Below are positions 52,626-64,000 of a stretch of DNA of 64,000 nt, in pieces; within the stretch, counting starts at the first letter, position 1; every line of letters begins with the position of its first letter. The stretch comes from Paramecium tetraurelia (Eukaryota). Location of the stretch: assembly GCA_000165425.1 (NCBI GenBank), contig CT868607.1:248001-312000 (forward strand), read 5' to 3'. Position numbers and translations under genes: made by a program. Below the pieces are notes generated by a model that saw only the letters and a list, made by a program, of their open reading frames with translations, made no database searches and had not been told where the DNA came from.

Positions 52626-54576
52626 TCAGAATCTAGTAATCATTTTATCATTTAAGTTTCTAAAAGTGTTCATTTGTATTTCAATAGTCTTATTGGGTAG
52701 ATCTAATATTTTATAGGTTTAAGATTGCTTTTTCACAAATTTTTAATGAGTGATCAAATATTCTTTAGGATGGAGTGAAATGATAGGTATAAGATTAAAC
52801 TCTTAAAGTTCCTAAAATAAATAAAATTGTATGAAATTGGTTTGATTCTTGGTTCCTTATTTAAACTTAATCTAATTGAATGGCCCAAGTTATCGAACTA
52901 TCATTAGGGCAATTGGTATCTCCAGTTCTAGTTGTTTGTTATTATTATGCTTTAGTTCCTCTATGTTTTGTGGGTTAATTATGGGAAAGTTATTAAGTTT
53001 TTCTTAAGTAAGAGCAAGACCTTAGAATTGAATGTCAATTAATAAGATAGTTTCATTGACATTAATTTCTTGATTGCAGTTATCTTCAATCAAATTGATT
53101 TTTATGTTTGTACAAGTCTTGGAAAGAAAAAAGAGTACATTTAAGATTAATTATTTAAGTTTTTTCTGATCCGAGAAGATCCATTTTTGCTTAAGTTTGG
53201 AAAGAAAATTCAAAGGTAATTGTTGTTTGGAATTGTAGTATTTGATAATCATTATACATTCTTAGATTATTTTTTCGATATTGAATTATGTGGATTCTAT
53301 TTTATTAAATTTTCCATTTATATCATGAAAGTCTGATATATTATTTAAATCGTTATATACTTTTATTGCTTTACTATTTATTAATTTCATCAACAAATTA
53401 ATATCAAATTTGTGTAATGAAATTTAATGAGTTATTTGATTATTTAGTAGTTGTTTCAAATATATGAGTGACAATCTCAATTATTGTTGTACAGTTTGAG
53501 AAGCTTGATCAATAAGTTTATTTGCAATTTTGAGCTTAAGTTTGATTTATTATTTTTGAGCTTCCTTTTTGTTTTGTTTGATAAGAATAATGACACAAGG
53601 TTCAGTGTCAAAGGTTTTGATTATTTTAATGTGATTGACATCCGAATCAATCAATCCAATAAGTTAATAAAATTAGGTTTTGGATTTGTTGTAAATCAAA
53701 TATTATAATTTTTCTTCATTTGTAAAGAGGTAGAATAAGAACTACTCTAGATTCAATTTCCTACAAATATTGAGTTGCTCTTAAGAATAAAATTCAGAAA
53801 GTTTGGTCCCCTAATAGCCTACCATCACCCGTATTTTTCGTATCAACTAAATAAAATTGAATTGGGTTTCCTCATTTATCTCCTTATTTTAGTTCTATTC
53901 AATCAGATTGAATGAGTTTTGTTAGTTATTGTAGTGAACTATAAATGATTATAGGTCCATTTCTTTATAAAAATGTTCTTCTATAATATTCTTATTTTTA
54001 ATTCCTATATAGGTTATTCGTGACTCTTTTTCTGAAATATAAAAGTAATACACTATTATCACATCTGATATGATATAAATTATCAATTATCTCCAAGATA
54101 AATCATTTTAAATACTCGAGATTAAATGAACAATCAAAATTATAATCGCTATCGATAACTTCTTAAGAAAGTCCATTGGAGAAATAACTCTTTATTATAA
54201 TTTATTAATACCCAAGAGTGGCTAAAGAAATGAAGTAGCCATTTGAAAAATAATTGTTGATCAATCTACCTCTTAGGAGTAAATCTATCGGCTATTAGAT
54301 GTTATATATCAAAATGGTGATCAAAATGCAGAGTTCTTGAAATTCCTGCAAGTAAAATCTGAAATAGTGGCTGAGCAAAATGATCATCAGTCCGATTGTA
54401 TTATAAATCAATTCAACCCAGGATTCACTTAGAGCGTTATCGGCAACCTATAAAATAAGTAATATCATAAGGAGTATCTTCTGCTGGAAGAAGGATTAAT
54501 TTAGCAAAATTTATCTAGATATTTTATAGTGCCTCTCAAATTCTTAATCATTAAACCTCAAGGTTAAAGAATTCAT
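52626..54576 (-). CDS. 6TM pseudo-histidine-kinase, copy B (642 aa)
   Basis: MNSLTLRFNDQEFERHY; intron 54190-54211; TVQQQLRLSLIY; SDQKKLKQLILNVLFF; FPIINP…LKHN; LELEIPIALMIVRQLGPFNQ. Confidence 0.75.
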
Positions 54577-54672
54577 AATAAATTAAATTTATATTATACT
54601 TTGAAATGCAAACTTAATGTGACAAAAAATAATGAATTCATTAACTCAACCCTTATGAAATACTTCAGTGTA

Positions 54673-56599
54673 TCAAAAATCATTATAATTTTAGAATTGT
54701 AAGCGAGGACTTGTCAATAATTTTTCATATAGCGAAGTGAATTTTTTAGTTTACAATCTATTCTTATCCTTAAGTATTAAACAATTGAGAGGATGCAAAG
54801 GATATATAGGAATTAAATGATATTGTTCTTCTAATACTTAAAAAATAACAAATTCGATATAATTCTAAGTCTTTTTATTCTAGGATAGACGCATTTTATC
54901 ATAGGGACCTATCTTACGGATTATCATCAATGATAATGGTATTTCTAAATCCAGAGGCCTTTATGCGTTATGATGAAGTTCTCCCAAATTTTATGGATTA
55001 ATAATCTGCAATCCTTACAATTATTAATTACTCAAATTAGGGCCTTAATAAGTGATTTTAATCTTAATAACAGACTTACTTGGCTGTCCATGAGTATCAT
55101 GTTATAGGGTTATTGTTACAGTTTGAGAAGAATTTGAAACAAAGAATAACAAATTGTATAATAATTATTTAAACTATTTCTCGTCTTATTATATTTTCTA
55201 TTGATTTGAGCTCAATTAATTTATTATATTAAATTTGATATCTTTGTTTATGTCATAGTAACATATAGTCCTAGTTAATTCATTAAGGCAATCAATAATG
55301 TTAAATTATTTAACAATGGAACGTTAAAAGTCTGAATTTATTGTATTAAAATCAATAATGTTTTAAAAGTCATTATTGGCCTTTATAATTTATCCATGAA
55401 TAGACTATAAACATCTGTTAATTAGCAAAATTTCCTCCTTTTTATTAGCATATTTATAAATCCATTAAAAGTATATCAATGAAACACGAACATGATGCTT
55501 GAATATAAATGAAGTCTGATCCAGAGATTTTTTTAACATTTTATTCTTCAGGGACAATTCTTCCAGCTATACTTCCTTCTTCTTTTCCTACAGTATTAAA
55601 ATGAAACAGGGATGGATATCAAATACTTTCATAACCTAAATCGAATAATATTCCTACTCATAAATTGCCTCTCCTTATATTTGGTTATTATCAAATTAAT
55701 CATCACTCCTAACTTATTAAATTCTATGATCTCTCAGAAATAATTCAAATAAATATGATTTTAATTATTGTTTCCTTACAGATTAATTTACAGGATCTTA
55801 GCCCAAGATGGATGAGAACTTTCCCAAACTCCGAGACTATTAAATATTCATATTTTTTAAATAATCATCGAAATCATCCAAAATTTGTTTCTGTATCTCC
55901 TATTAATCATCCTTCTGTACCAATTCTATTTTTTTAGTTTCTGCTTTATAATGAATAATGAAGGTTTGAATATTTGTTAAGTCATATATACCCTTCAAAG
56001 TTGTTGTTCTTTTCAAATGGTTAAGAAAGTTGTTCTTCTTATGCTTCTCAAAACAATACAAATATTATAAATAAAGGGATGTAAACAGAGTGGATTTGAT
56101 AAGTTAATTCCAAAAGTCCTCCTCAGATATCATGCTCAAACTAACTAAAGATGTAAAGATTATGGCTATTATAATAGTTTTGAATCTAAAACTAAAAATA
56201 TTGATCACGCTAAAATATTTAAATTTGGATATACCCGAAAGTGCCAACAGATATAAAGTAGCCGTCTACATATTAGCTTTCACTTTAAGTTAATGAAAAG
56301 TATTTGGTTAATGGAAAGTAAAGGTTATAACTAACAACTACAAATGTCAGAAAGAGATCATATAATTTGTTGCGTTGAGCTATGAATCTATAACTAAAAA
56401 TGACTACGAGCCAGGTAAATACAATGAATCCCAAACTCACCCACTCTTATTCGATTATTTTAACTATAGTAAAGTAGAGTCCCATTACTATGAATATCCA
56501 TTTCTACTATTATTGAAATTCTATGGATTATTTTGTATTCATAGATTAGTATTGCTACTCTACATCCTTGTTCAAGAATGTCAAAGTAAATCTATGCAT
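54673..56599 (-). CDS. 6TM pseudo-histidine-kinase, copy C (633 aa; keeps the H-box His)
   Basis: MHRFTLTFLNKDVEQQY; intron 56210-56234; IFKHHVRVSLIY; QDEKQFKQLLYNLLFF; IINP…LHHN; PLDLEIPLSLMIIRKIGPYDK. Confidence 0.75.
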
Positions 56600-57017
56600 A
56601 ATAAATATAATTATTATTATTTCATTTATTTTTTTAATACTAATATTCCACTATTTATGAGAGTGAATCCTCCATTTCAATAATTTGTTTTTCGTAAAAG
56701 TCAAAAATATTAATTAATAAAATATGTTGCCAAATAAATTTATAATAAAAATCAATTCTACATTTTATCAAGCAGTACTATTTGAAGTTTTAGGAACTTA
56801 AAATAGTGGCTTTTCTTATAAAATGCTGTAAATCCTCCTTGAAGTCTTCATGCCAAACCAGTACTAGCATATCTCAGTCTATTTTTTGCTATGTTTTACT
56901 CAAAAACGTCAAAGCAGACAAAAACTTATGACAGTAATTTTTTTTTTCTCATTCAATAATATTTTCGATTAAATTATTTTTATATAACATTTTAAATCAT
57001 TAAAACATTTTAATTTC

Positions 57018-58930
57018 ATGTACAGATACTCGTTAGAGTTTAAGGATAAGTTGATGGAATCTAAGTATTAGAAGACAAAAAAACAACAATTTTTAAAAGT
57101 TTAAAAAGTTCAATAGATTCTGGCTATTGTGTTACTTTTAATTTTTATAATTGTAAGTGCCTTAAGGCGTACATGGATTACATTAACTGTAGGGTGTTTC
57201 CTCATGGTCATCCTGCTGGTATCTATAAGAATGGATATGAATAGAAATTAAAAGTCATACTATTTAAACACAATACTAGTAAGTGTGACCTTCCTCAATT
57301 ATCTCAAAGCATTATAAAATATTTACACTGATAATGCCATAAATCCCAATTACTTAGACGGTTATATGTTTGCACTCATGACGATATCATGTAAATGAGT
57401 TATTAATTATGATTAGTAATATACTAAGGAAGTTTTATATAGAAAACTTTTATTCTTGGATCGATTTACATTATATTGCAAGTATTCAAACCTACTCAAG
57501 AAGAATTATGGAAATAAATAAGTTAGTTTATTTTTTTTCTTTTTCTTTGTTTGTTTCAGATTTATGAAATAGAAAAGATGCAACGATAAGACTACCTTTG
57601 TTCCTCAAAACACTAAAAAGCTGAGTAATAAATGATCAACTTTTGTGGTATAACATCATATTTGATTTCCTACTAAAGAGACTCCAATCAAATTTTATTA
57701 ACTTCAAATAATGAAGAAGAAATAGTAAAATTTGAAGATCAATAATAATTTATAATGTAAATTAGAAATATGAGAGTATTAATAAAGGATCAAGAAACAT
57801 AAACGAATTATCTCTCTCAAGAAGGAATAAATTAAGATGCCAAAATGACTCTGGAAAAATTGTTATATTATTTTTTGACTTGTCCTGAAAAACTCAAAGA
57901 ATACATGAAATAACCCTCCATCGAATCTGTCATTAAGTTACAAGGTGTTCTTAATTCAGAAAACTACAACATCCAGATTCTCAAGTATTTTGATGAACTC
58001 CCTAGCGCAATTATACTAATATCTTAAAACAAGAAAGACGTATTTATAGAGGAACTAAAATTAAGATACAAATTGTTCTAATAAGCACTAGAAACTATTG
58101 ATCAAATCTTTTCCACTTAAATTAAGATGAGTCTTGTCTATCTCTTAGCTTTGCATAAATATCAAAAAACAAAATCCTACAATAAGGATATCTCATATTA
58201 CAAAAAGGTTTAAAGCAAGATCGCTAAAGCCTATAATGATTTCTAAAACATTAAAGACTTTTTTAATCTAAATACTTCTTTCCAAAGAACTATTATTCAA
58301 AACTTTAATCTGATTACATTTTTAGATGATATTTTAACTGAAATTTAATTTTATTTCTATTAAAGCAAACAATTCACCTTTTCAATTAAAAGCAGATTGC
58401 GAAAAGAGACAGTCTGTCAAGACTAAAAATAACTAAAACAGCTGATCATAAACCTTCTTTATTTTATTACCGAACGCTGCCAAGATATTACTATTTATTT
58501 AGAAGAAAGTGATGGTCCTTAATAAAAATTAGCTTTTATTCGGATTAGATTGGAATATCAAGGCTTGCGATTTTGCAAGGATGCGTTGAAAGGATTGCCC
58601 TTTATAAATCCAGTAACAATCTCAGAATTAAGACATAATGCAGAAAAAACTTATTAATTAAATTTACCCATGGCTGTGGTTATTGTTAGAAAACTTGGGC
58701 CCACAAATAAGATTTATATTAAATAAAATAAAAATGGTAATAGTTATCTAGAATTCCTAATTTTTAGAGAATTATATGAAGATTTTCATTTAATGCCACT
58801 CTAATCCCAACATCCCATTAATTATTTTGTCATGAATGCAAAGTCTTCCATTCATGGCAAACATGCTGCTTATTTGGATCTAATGGCACTCAGTCCAAGA
58901 ATATAGTTAGATAAATTTGGACAATTATGA
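57018..58930 (+). CDS. 6TM pseudo-histidine-kinase, copy D (628 aa)
   Basis: MYRYSLEFKDKLMESKY; intron 57391-57416; IFSTQIKMSLVY; QDQKQLKQLIINLLYF; PFINP…LRHN; YQLNLPMAVVIVRKLGPTNK. Confidence 0.75.
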
Positions 58931-59070
58931 ATTTTCTTAATAATAAAATCAATAAGATAGATGTTTTTAGTATTAAAATTGTAGTTCATTTATATATTAT
59001 TTGTCTACAAACTATAATTATTAATTATGAATCTGGAGATGTTATATATTATAATTTATTAAATACAAAA

Positions 59071-61030
59071 ATGCAATTTTTGTCTCAAAGGTTTGTTTCT
59101 GAAAAATTTGAAGGGCAATTTTAAAAATACTTGAAAAAGTTTCGAATCAGGTTTCAACTAATATAGAAGGTAATTCTACTCCCACTCTTAATTTATTACA
59201 CTATTGAAAAGGTGTTTTCATCAAGCTGGATTGTAGTGAGCTTGAATGTCATTTTGGGACTGATTGTGATGTTTAGCCTTAAATATTAGAAAAAGTGCAT
59301 AAGATTGTATGAGATTCTAATTATGATTGGAATTCTACTATTTAATTTATTCTATGCTATTTCACAGTATTTGAATGTGCATCCTCAGAGATATTAGTTT
59401 ATTGATGGTTATTTCTTAGCCATTTTAAGTTTGACGTATAGATTTTAATTTTACTTTAAGAATGATTAATATGATGGATACAATACAAAAAGCTTTCCTC
59501 TTGTTATTTATTTATCTGATATATATCATTATGATTCCCAATTAGGCAGAACCGGTATGGCAGTAAATAATTAAATTTTTCTTATATATCATTCTTTACT
59601 ACCAATAATAGAGATACCAATAATAATTATTAAGATTAACATATCTTCAATATTTTAAGCACTTGACAATTGAGAACACAATCAGAGAGAATCTAGATAT
59701 GAAGTATTATGTTGTGAATTTTATAGAGAAAAAAAGATCCTTTCTCCTTAAATCAGACGATTACAACTAATTTTTGAATGAAGAAGATCAATATGCATTT
59801 TAATAATTCTTACGCAAGATTAATATCTCATCCTCTAGTTCAGATATAGAGAAGCAAACATTAACGAAGATTAGATCTGCCAAAATGAATTTGGAGCAGT
59901 TTTTATTTTACTTGTTTACAGATAGAAAGAAATTACAAAGCCTACAAAGTTATGAAAATAAATACTTAGACTATCAGCATCATATCTATGGATTTACATC
60001 TGAAGAGTCTTACATAATCAAAGTTATTAAATGTTATGATACTGAACCGTGTGCTATCTTATTGATAACTGAATAATAGAAACAATAATTTGTTGACAAA
60101 CTTAAATTGTAAAATAAAGCTACGTTGAAATTGTTAAACTACTTTTCAGATATATTTACAACTTAAATAAGAGTTGCTTTAATCATTCTTAATCGAATTT
60201 TAAAATACAAATAGAACTAGAAAATTACAAATGGCAAAAACAAGGAAATTCAATTCCTTAAGTATATAAACTCATAACTTTATATTGCATACAATTAATT
60301 TTATAATATATCTGATTATTTTTAAGCTAATTCTGAGTTTAGAAGAATACAAATCACAAAGTTTAATTTGATTCAAGTCATTCAAGAATTATTTGAAAAA
60401 CTTAAATACTATAGAAAGATTGATTAAATTATGACTAGAACTTTTATGTTAATAACTAAGATTTAAGAGTTGAATATTAAATCTGATATGAAGCAGATCT
60501 CATAGCTATTTTTTAATGTCACTAAATTTGCAATGAAATATTCAGATGAAATCCAGGTAGATTTAGATGAAGGATTTGATCAATCCTATCCTCCTTAACC
60601 TATAATTAATGTTTAAATTCTATTCAAAAATTTAAAAGGTACTAAAATGGATCTTAGACAATTTCCAATTATAAATCCAAAAACCTTATAAGAAATAAAA
60701 ACGAATGATAAACGGCCTTTAGAACTTGATATGTCTATTTCATTATTGATAATTCGAAATTTAGGGCCATTTGATAAAATGACTATTAGAAAGATAGGTA
60801 AGCAATTCTACAAAATTTAATTTTTTATTTATAAGAGTATGAATTAGGATCTCCATTTAATACCAATTAATTCTTTTGATCCTTCTTTGTTTATCAAAAG
60901 AGATGATGATTGGCAATAACTTAATCATTTCGCAAATTCATTAGGCGTTAATTGCTACATTGACTCTCCAGAAATAAAATTAGATACTTTAAGATGCATT
61001 ACAATTCCTGATACTGCCTTACGAGGTTGA
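59071..61030 (+). CDS. 6TM pseudo-histidine-kinase, copy E (644 aa)
   Basis: MQFLSQRFVSEKFEGQF; intron 59436-59460; IFTTQIRVALII; SDMKQISQLFFNVTKF; FPIINP…IKTN; PLELDMSISLLIIRNLGPFDK. Confidence 0.75.
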
Positions 61031-61149
61031 ATTGTTTATTTTTGTTTTGTATATTTATTTATTTAATTTTATCAAACCCATCAAATACTGATAAATAATA
61101 TTTCTAAATTGCAAATACAACTTAATTAATTTGTTAATAAAACAATAAT

Positions 61150-62136
61150 ATGGATCCCTTTATACCAATACAAACAAACTAAAAATCAATAGTAAGGATA
61201 GCATTCGACATATTATTTCTCTTTATTAAATTACCTTTATTTGCCTTTCTGATAGTCGAAATAGTTATCATAAATGATTTGATATTTCGCCAAATACAAA
61301 GACTTGAATTTCACATACTATTTCATAAATTTATGAGAATTATTATCTTGCTGCACAATTATATTAGTGGAAGATTACTATTATTAGTCTTGGGATACTT
61401 TAAATACAAGTCATTATTTCATAGTTCTGCACCAAACTTCAAGCATGGAAACTTATAATCGTATTGCTTCTATTGTTCAAGAACCTCCCCAATTGATGTT
61501 TTCATTTTAATAACATAGTAATATATTTCATAACTTAGTTTCTCTCCATCATTTACTCATACTTCTATATAAAAGGATAGGGTGAAATGTAAAATCATTA
61601 GTTATGGAAAAGCAATTTTAGAGTCATTTTACATAAGTAAATGTGGATTCAAAAGGTTTACGGATGGTGAAAACATAAAAGATTTAATGAACTAGATCAG
61701 AAAAACTAGAACTGGACCTTTGATTCTATTTTGGGAAGGGGGAATAACAAACGGATACTCTTTATTGAAAATTGACAAGGCAATCATAAATGAAACATAT
61801 AATATCTACAATTTCTCATAAGAGTAACCCTAGAGATCTCAATACTTCGGTACGAATCCTTAAGGAATTTTATGTTTACAACACGAAGATAGGATGAATC
61901 TCGATCGGAAACAACTCATTATAGATGTTAATCAATATTTTAACTAATTCATTTTGCAGTTTAGACATGTTTTTCTTAAAATGTCAAGTATATAATTTTA
62001 AGGATCGACTCCCAGAAATTTACTAAAAGTTCGTAGAAGATACCATTAAGAGAGGAATAGTAAAATATTTTGTCATTATTAGAGCGATTAGTCTTGGAAG
62101 GATTTTAGAAAGTTGTTTGTACAACAGGATGCGTGA
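61150..62136 (+). CDS. Lysophospholipid acyltransferase-like protein (Loa1/Vps66/AUP1-like)
   Basis: N-terminal hydrophobic hairpin; motif I CSRTSPIDVFIL; motif III PLILFWEGGITNGYSLLK. Confidence 0.65.
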
Positions 62137-62170
62137 TTCAATTTAGATTATTTATTTATTAGTAATTATA

Positions 62171-62683
62171 TCATATATCATCTTAAACTAAAGGCAGAGT
62201 TTTTTAGCATAAATTTTAGTGATTGTGAAATTCTATGCTTGCCATTTCATTTCTAATACATTATGTTAAACTCATGAACATTTATTTGGTTGCCATTTAA
62301 ATTTATTCATCATCTGTATCTACATCATGATCTTATCTCAATTCCTTTAATCTGAATTATTTCATATTGTCTTTAATACATCTAAAAGCGTAGATTTGAT
62401 TTCCTTTTTTGTATTTCACTAATTACCCACACTAAATTTTGAATCCATTCTTAAAAATTGCATTTTTCATTTTTAAAGAAACTGACTTTTTATGCCATAT
62501 ATCTTTAGAGATACTCTTTTAAACTATTTAATTTTAGATTTAGGTTGATTTGACAATTGAGTTCATTTTAATTGATTGATTTTTTTGTTGGCATTATTAA
62601 TTTGATGGCATATTTTTTTTCTAAAATTAGGTAATAACCTATCCTTTTTGTTTTAAATTAAGATGAGGTTAATGTGTTTCCAT
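62171..62683 (-). CDS. Small hypothetical protein (170 aa)
   Basis: Uninterrupted frame METHQPHLNL…QDHDVDTDDEQIQMATKQMF…DDI TGA. Confidence 0.55.
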
Positions 62684-63187
62684 TTTCTTTTTCAACTAAA
62701 AATTATTAAACATTCGTTAATTAATATAATTTAACTTCATTCATAATGAAATAAGTTTATTCATTCAAATTATTAAAATCGAGAATATGTTTATGTGTAT
62801 AATCCTGTTAGTTGGAATATATACAAAGAACCAAATATTTGATTATGTTTTTACATAAAAATGTATTTAAATTTATTTAATGTGATTTTCATCAGAATCT
62901 AACTAATTGATTAAATAACAAAGAATTATTAAACTATCGAATTAATTATAGCTTAATTGACCTGAAATGTATTTAAAAATAAGAGAAAACTTATAGGTTT
63001 TTATTTTAAGATGGGAATATTGAACATTGAATTAAATTTGGATTAATCCTTTAATATATTTAAATTCAATTAACTAGTCTAAGTATAAGGTTATTAAAAA
63101 ATATTGTTTAATACTGATTTTAAATAAATACAATCAGAAAGTAATAGAAAAAATAAAAATTAACAATGTTTTATTCTTAATAATTAA

Positions 63188-63943
63188 TCAACAACATCCT
63201 CCATCTTTTTATTTTTTTTAGTTTGAAGTGTTAGCACTCAGTTTATTCAGTTGTGAACCGCTTGAACTAGTTACTCTATGATATATTTAATATTAATACC
63301 CTCTAGATTATGATTATTGTGATGCATTTGATGTCACATTTGTAGATTTTGGTGGTTAGGAGGCATCCTTTTTAGCCATGAGCTTTCTTGAGAGTTCAAG
63401 AAATGCATTATTTACATGGTCAGCTAATTTTAGTGCTACATTCCATAAAAAGCATATTATGAGATTTACAATACTCTTCAGCCTTTGATGTTTCAACTCT
63501 TGTTTAAATATATAATTATCTTACTATTTCTATTCATCTAAATCGTTTTTATTTCCAATAATTAATAATTGCACATTTTTTTCCCCATATGACTCTACCT
63601 CATGTAGCCAAAATTTATCAATATCGTCAAATGATTATCCTTATGTGACATCATACACCATAACAATTCCATCAGCACCCTAAAAATGAATATGATTGTT
63701 ATATACTTTGTAATATGCACTTGTGATTGTTCTAAATCTTTCTTGTCCAGCAGTATCCCAAATCTACAACTTGACATTCTTGCCATCAATGGGCAACGTT
63801 CTGAATCTAAAATCAACACCAATTGTTGTTAGGTAAGATTCACTAAATTGATCATCTGCAAATCTCAATAATAATGAACTCTTTCCCACTCCGGAGTTAC
63901 CAATAATAACTAACTTAAACAAATAATCATATTCTTTGATCAT
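63188..63943 (-). pseudogene. RAB1: Rab1A-type small GTPase with a 1-nt frameshift (recent pseudogene or assembly error)
   Basis: [47 protein letters not shown]-terminal GGCC*. An extra A after ECSTK (63428-63431) gives a premature TGA at 63420-63422. Confidence 0.85.
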
Positions 63944-64000
63944 CTAGCGATTTCTTTTCTTTAAATTAAATATTCAATTTAGAATTTATCAAATTTGGTA

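Noticed and set aside
63420..63435. Programmed +1 ribosomal frameshift in Rab1
   Set aside because: Euplotes-type frameshifting uses AAA followed directly by a stop and is not established in Paramecium. The context here is AAA ATT AGC TGA.
2865..63943. Functional autophagy cluster (ATG8, ULK-like kinase, TRAPPC2, Rab1)
   Set aside because: The genes are spread over 60 kb among unrelated genes, and the ULK-like and Rab families are highly expanded in ciliates, so co-occurrence is expected by chance.
1..64000. Apparent abundance of pseudogenes (frequent in-frame TAA/TAG)
   Set aside because: TAA/TAG fall at conserved Gln positions in RPS28, CDK and Rab1, and all genes end in TGA. This is the ciliate code (table 6), not decay.
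1..64000. tRNA/rRNA genes, telomeric repeats, transposons, retained IESs, CRISPR arrays
   Set aside because: None recognised by eye. IESs cannot be identified without a germline versus somatic comparison, and the coding interruptions seen are explained by GT-AG introns or small lesions.

Overview
This is AT-rich, gene-dense ciliate macronuclear DNA, almost certainly Paramecium (aurelia-like). TAA/TAG read as Gln, TGA is the only stop (translation table 6), introns are tiny GT..AG (about 20-30 nt), and some intergenic spacers are only about 20 nt. The supplied ORF track uses the standard code, so it is fragmented and many of its entries are antisense shadows. Re-translating by hand gives about 40 genes. 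Recognisable ones are ATG8, a PSTAIRE CDK, RPS28, URM1, PP2C, an AGC kinase, a ULK-like kinase, TRAPPC2, a frameshifted Rab1A-type GTPase, MORN proteins, an alveolin-like protein, an EGF-TM-RING-H2 ligase, a DnaJ pseudogene and a ~1830-codon secreted acidic repeat protein. The standout is a cluster of five intact, highly diverged paralogues (47251-61030). Each encodes a 6TM domain, a PAS-like linker and a histidine-kinase-fold domain whose ATP-binding N/G1/G2 boxes are replaced in all five copies; the H-box His is missing in four and there is no receiver domain. They look like an array of pseudo-histidine-kinase receptors. All calls come from manual translation and motif recognition; no database searches were run.
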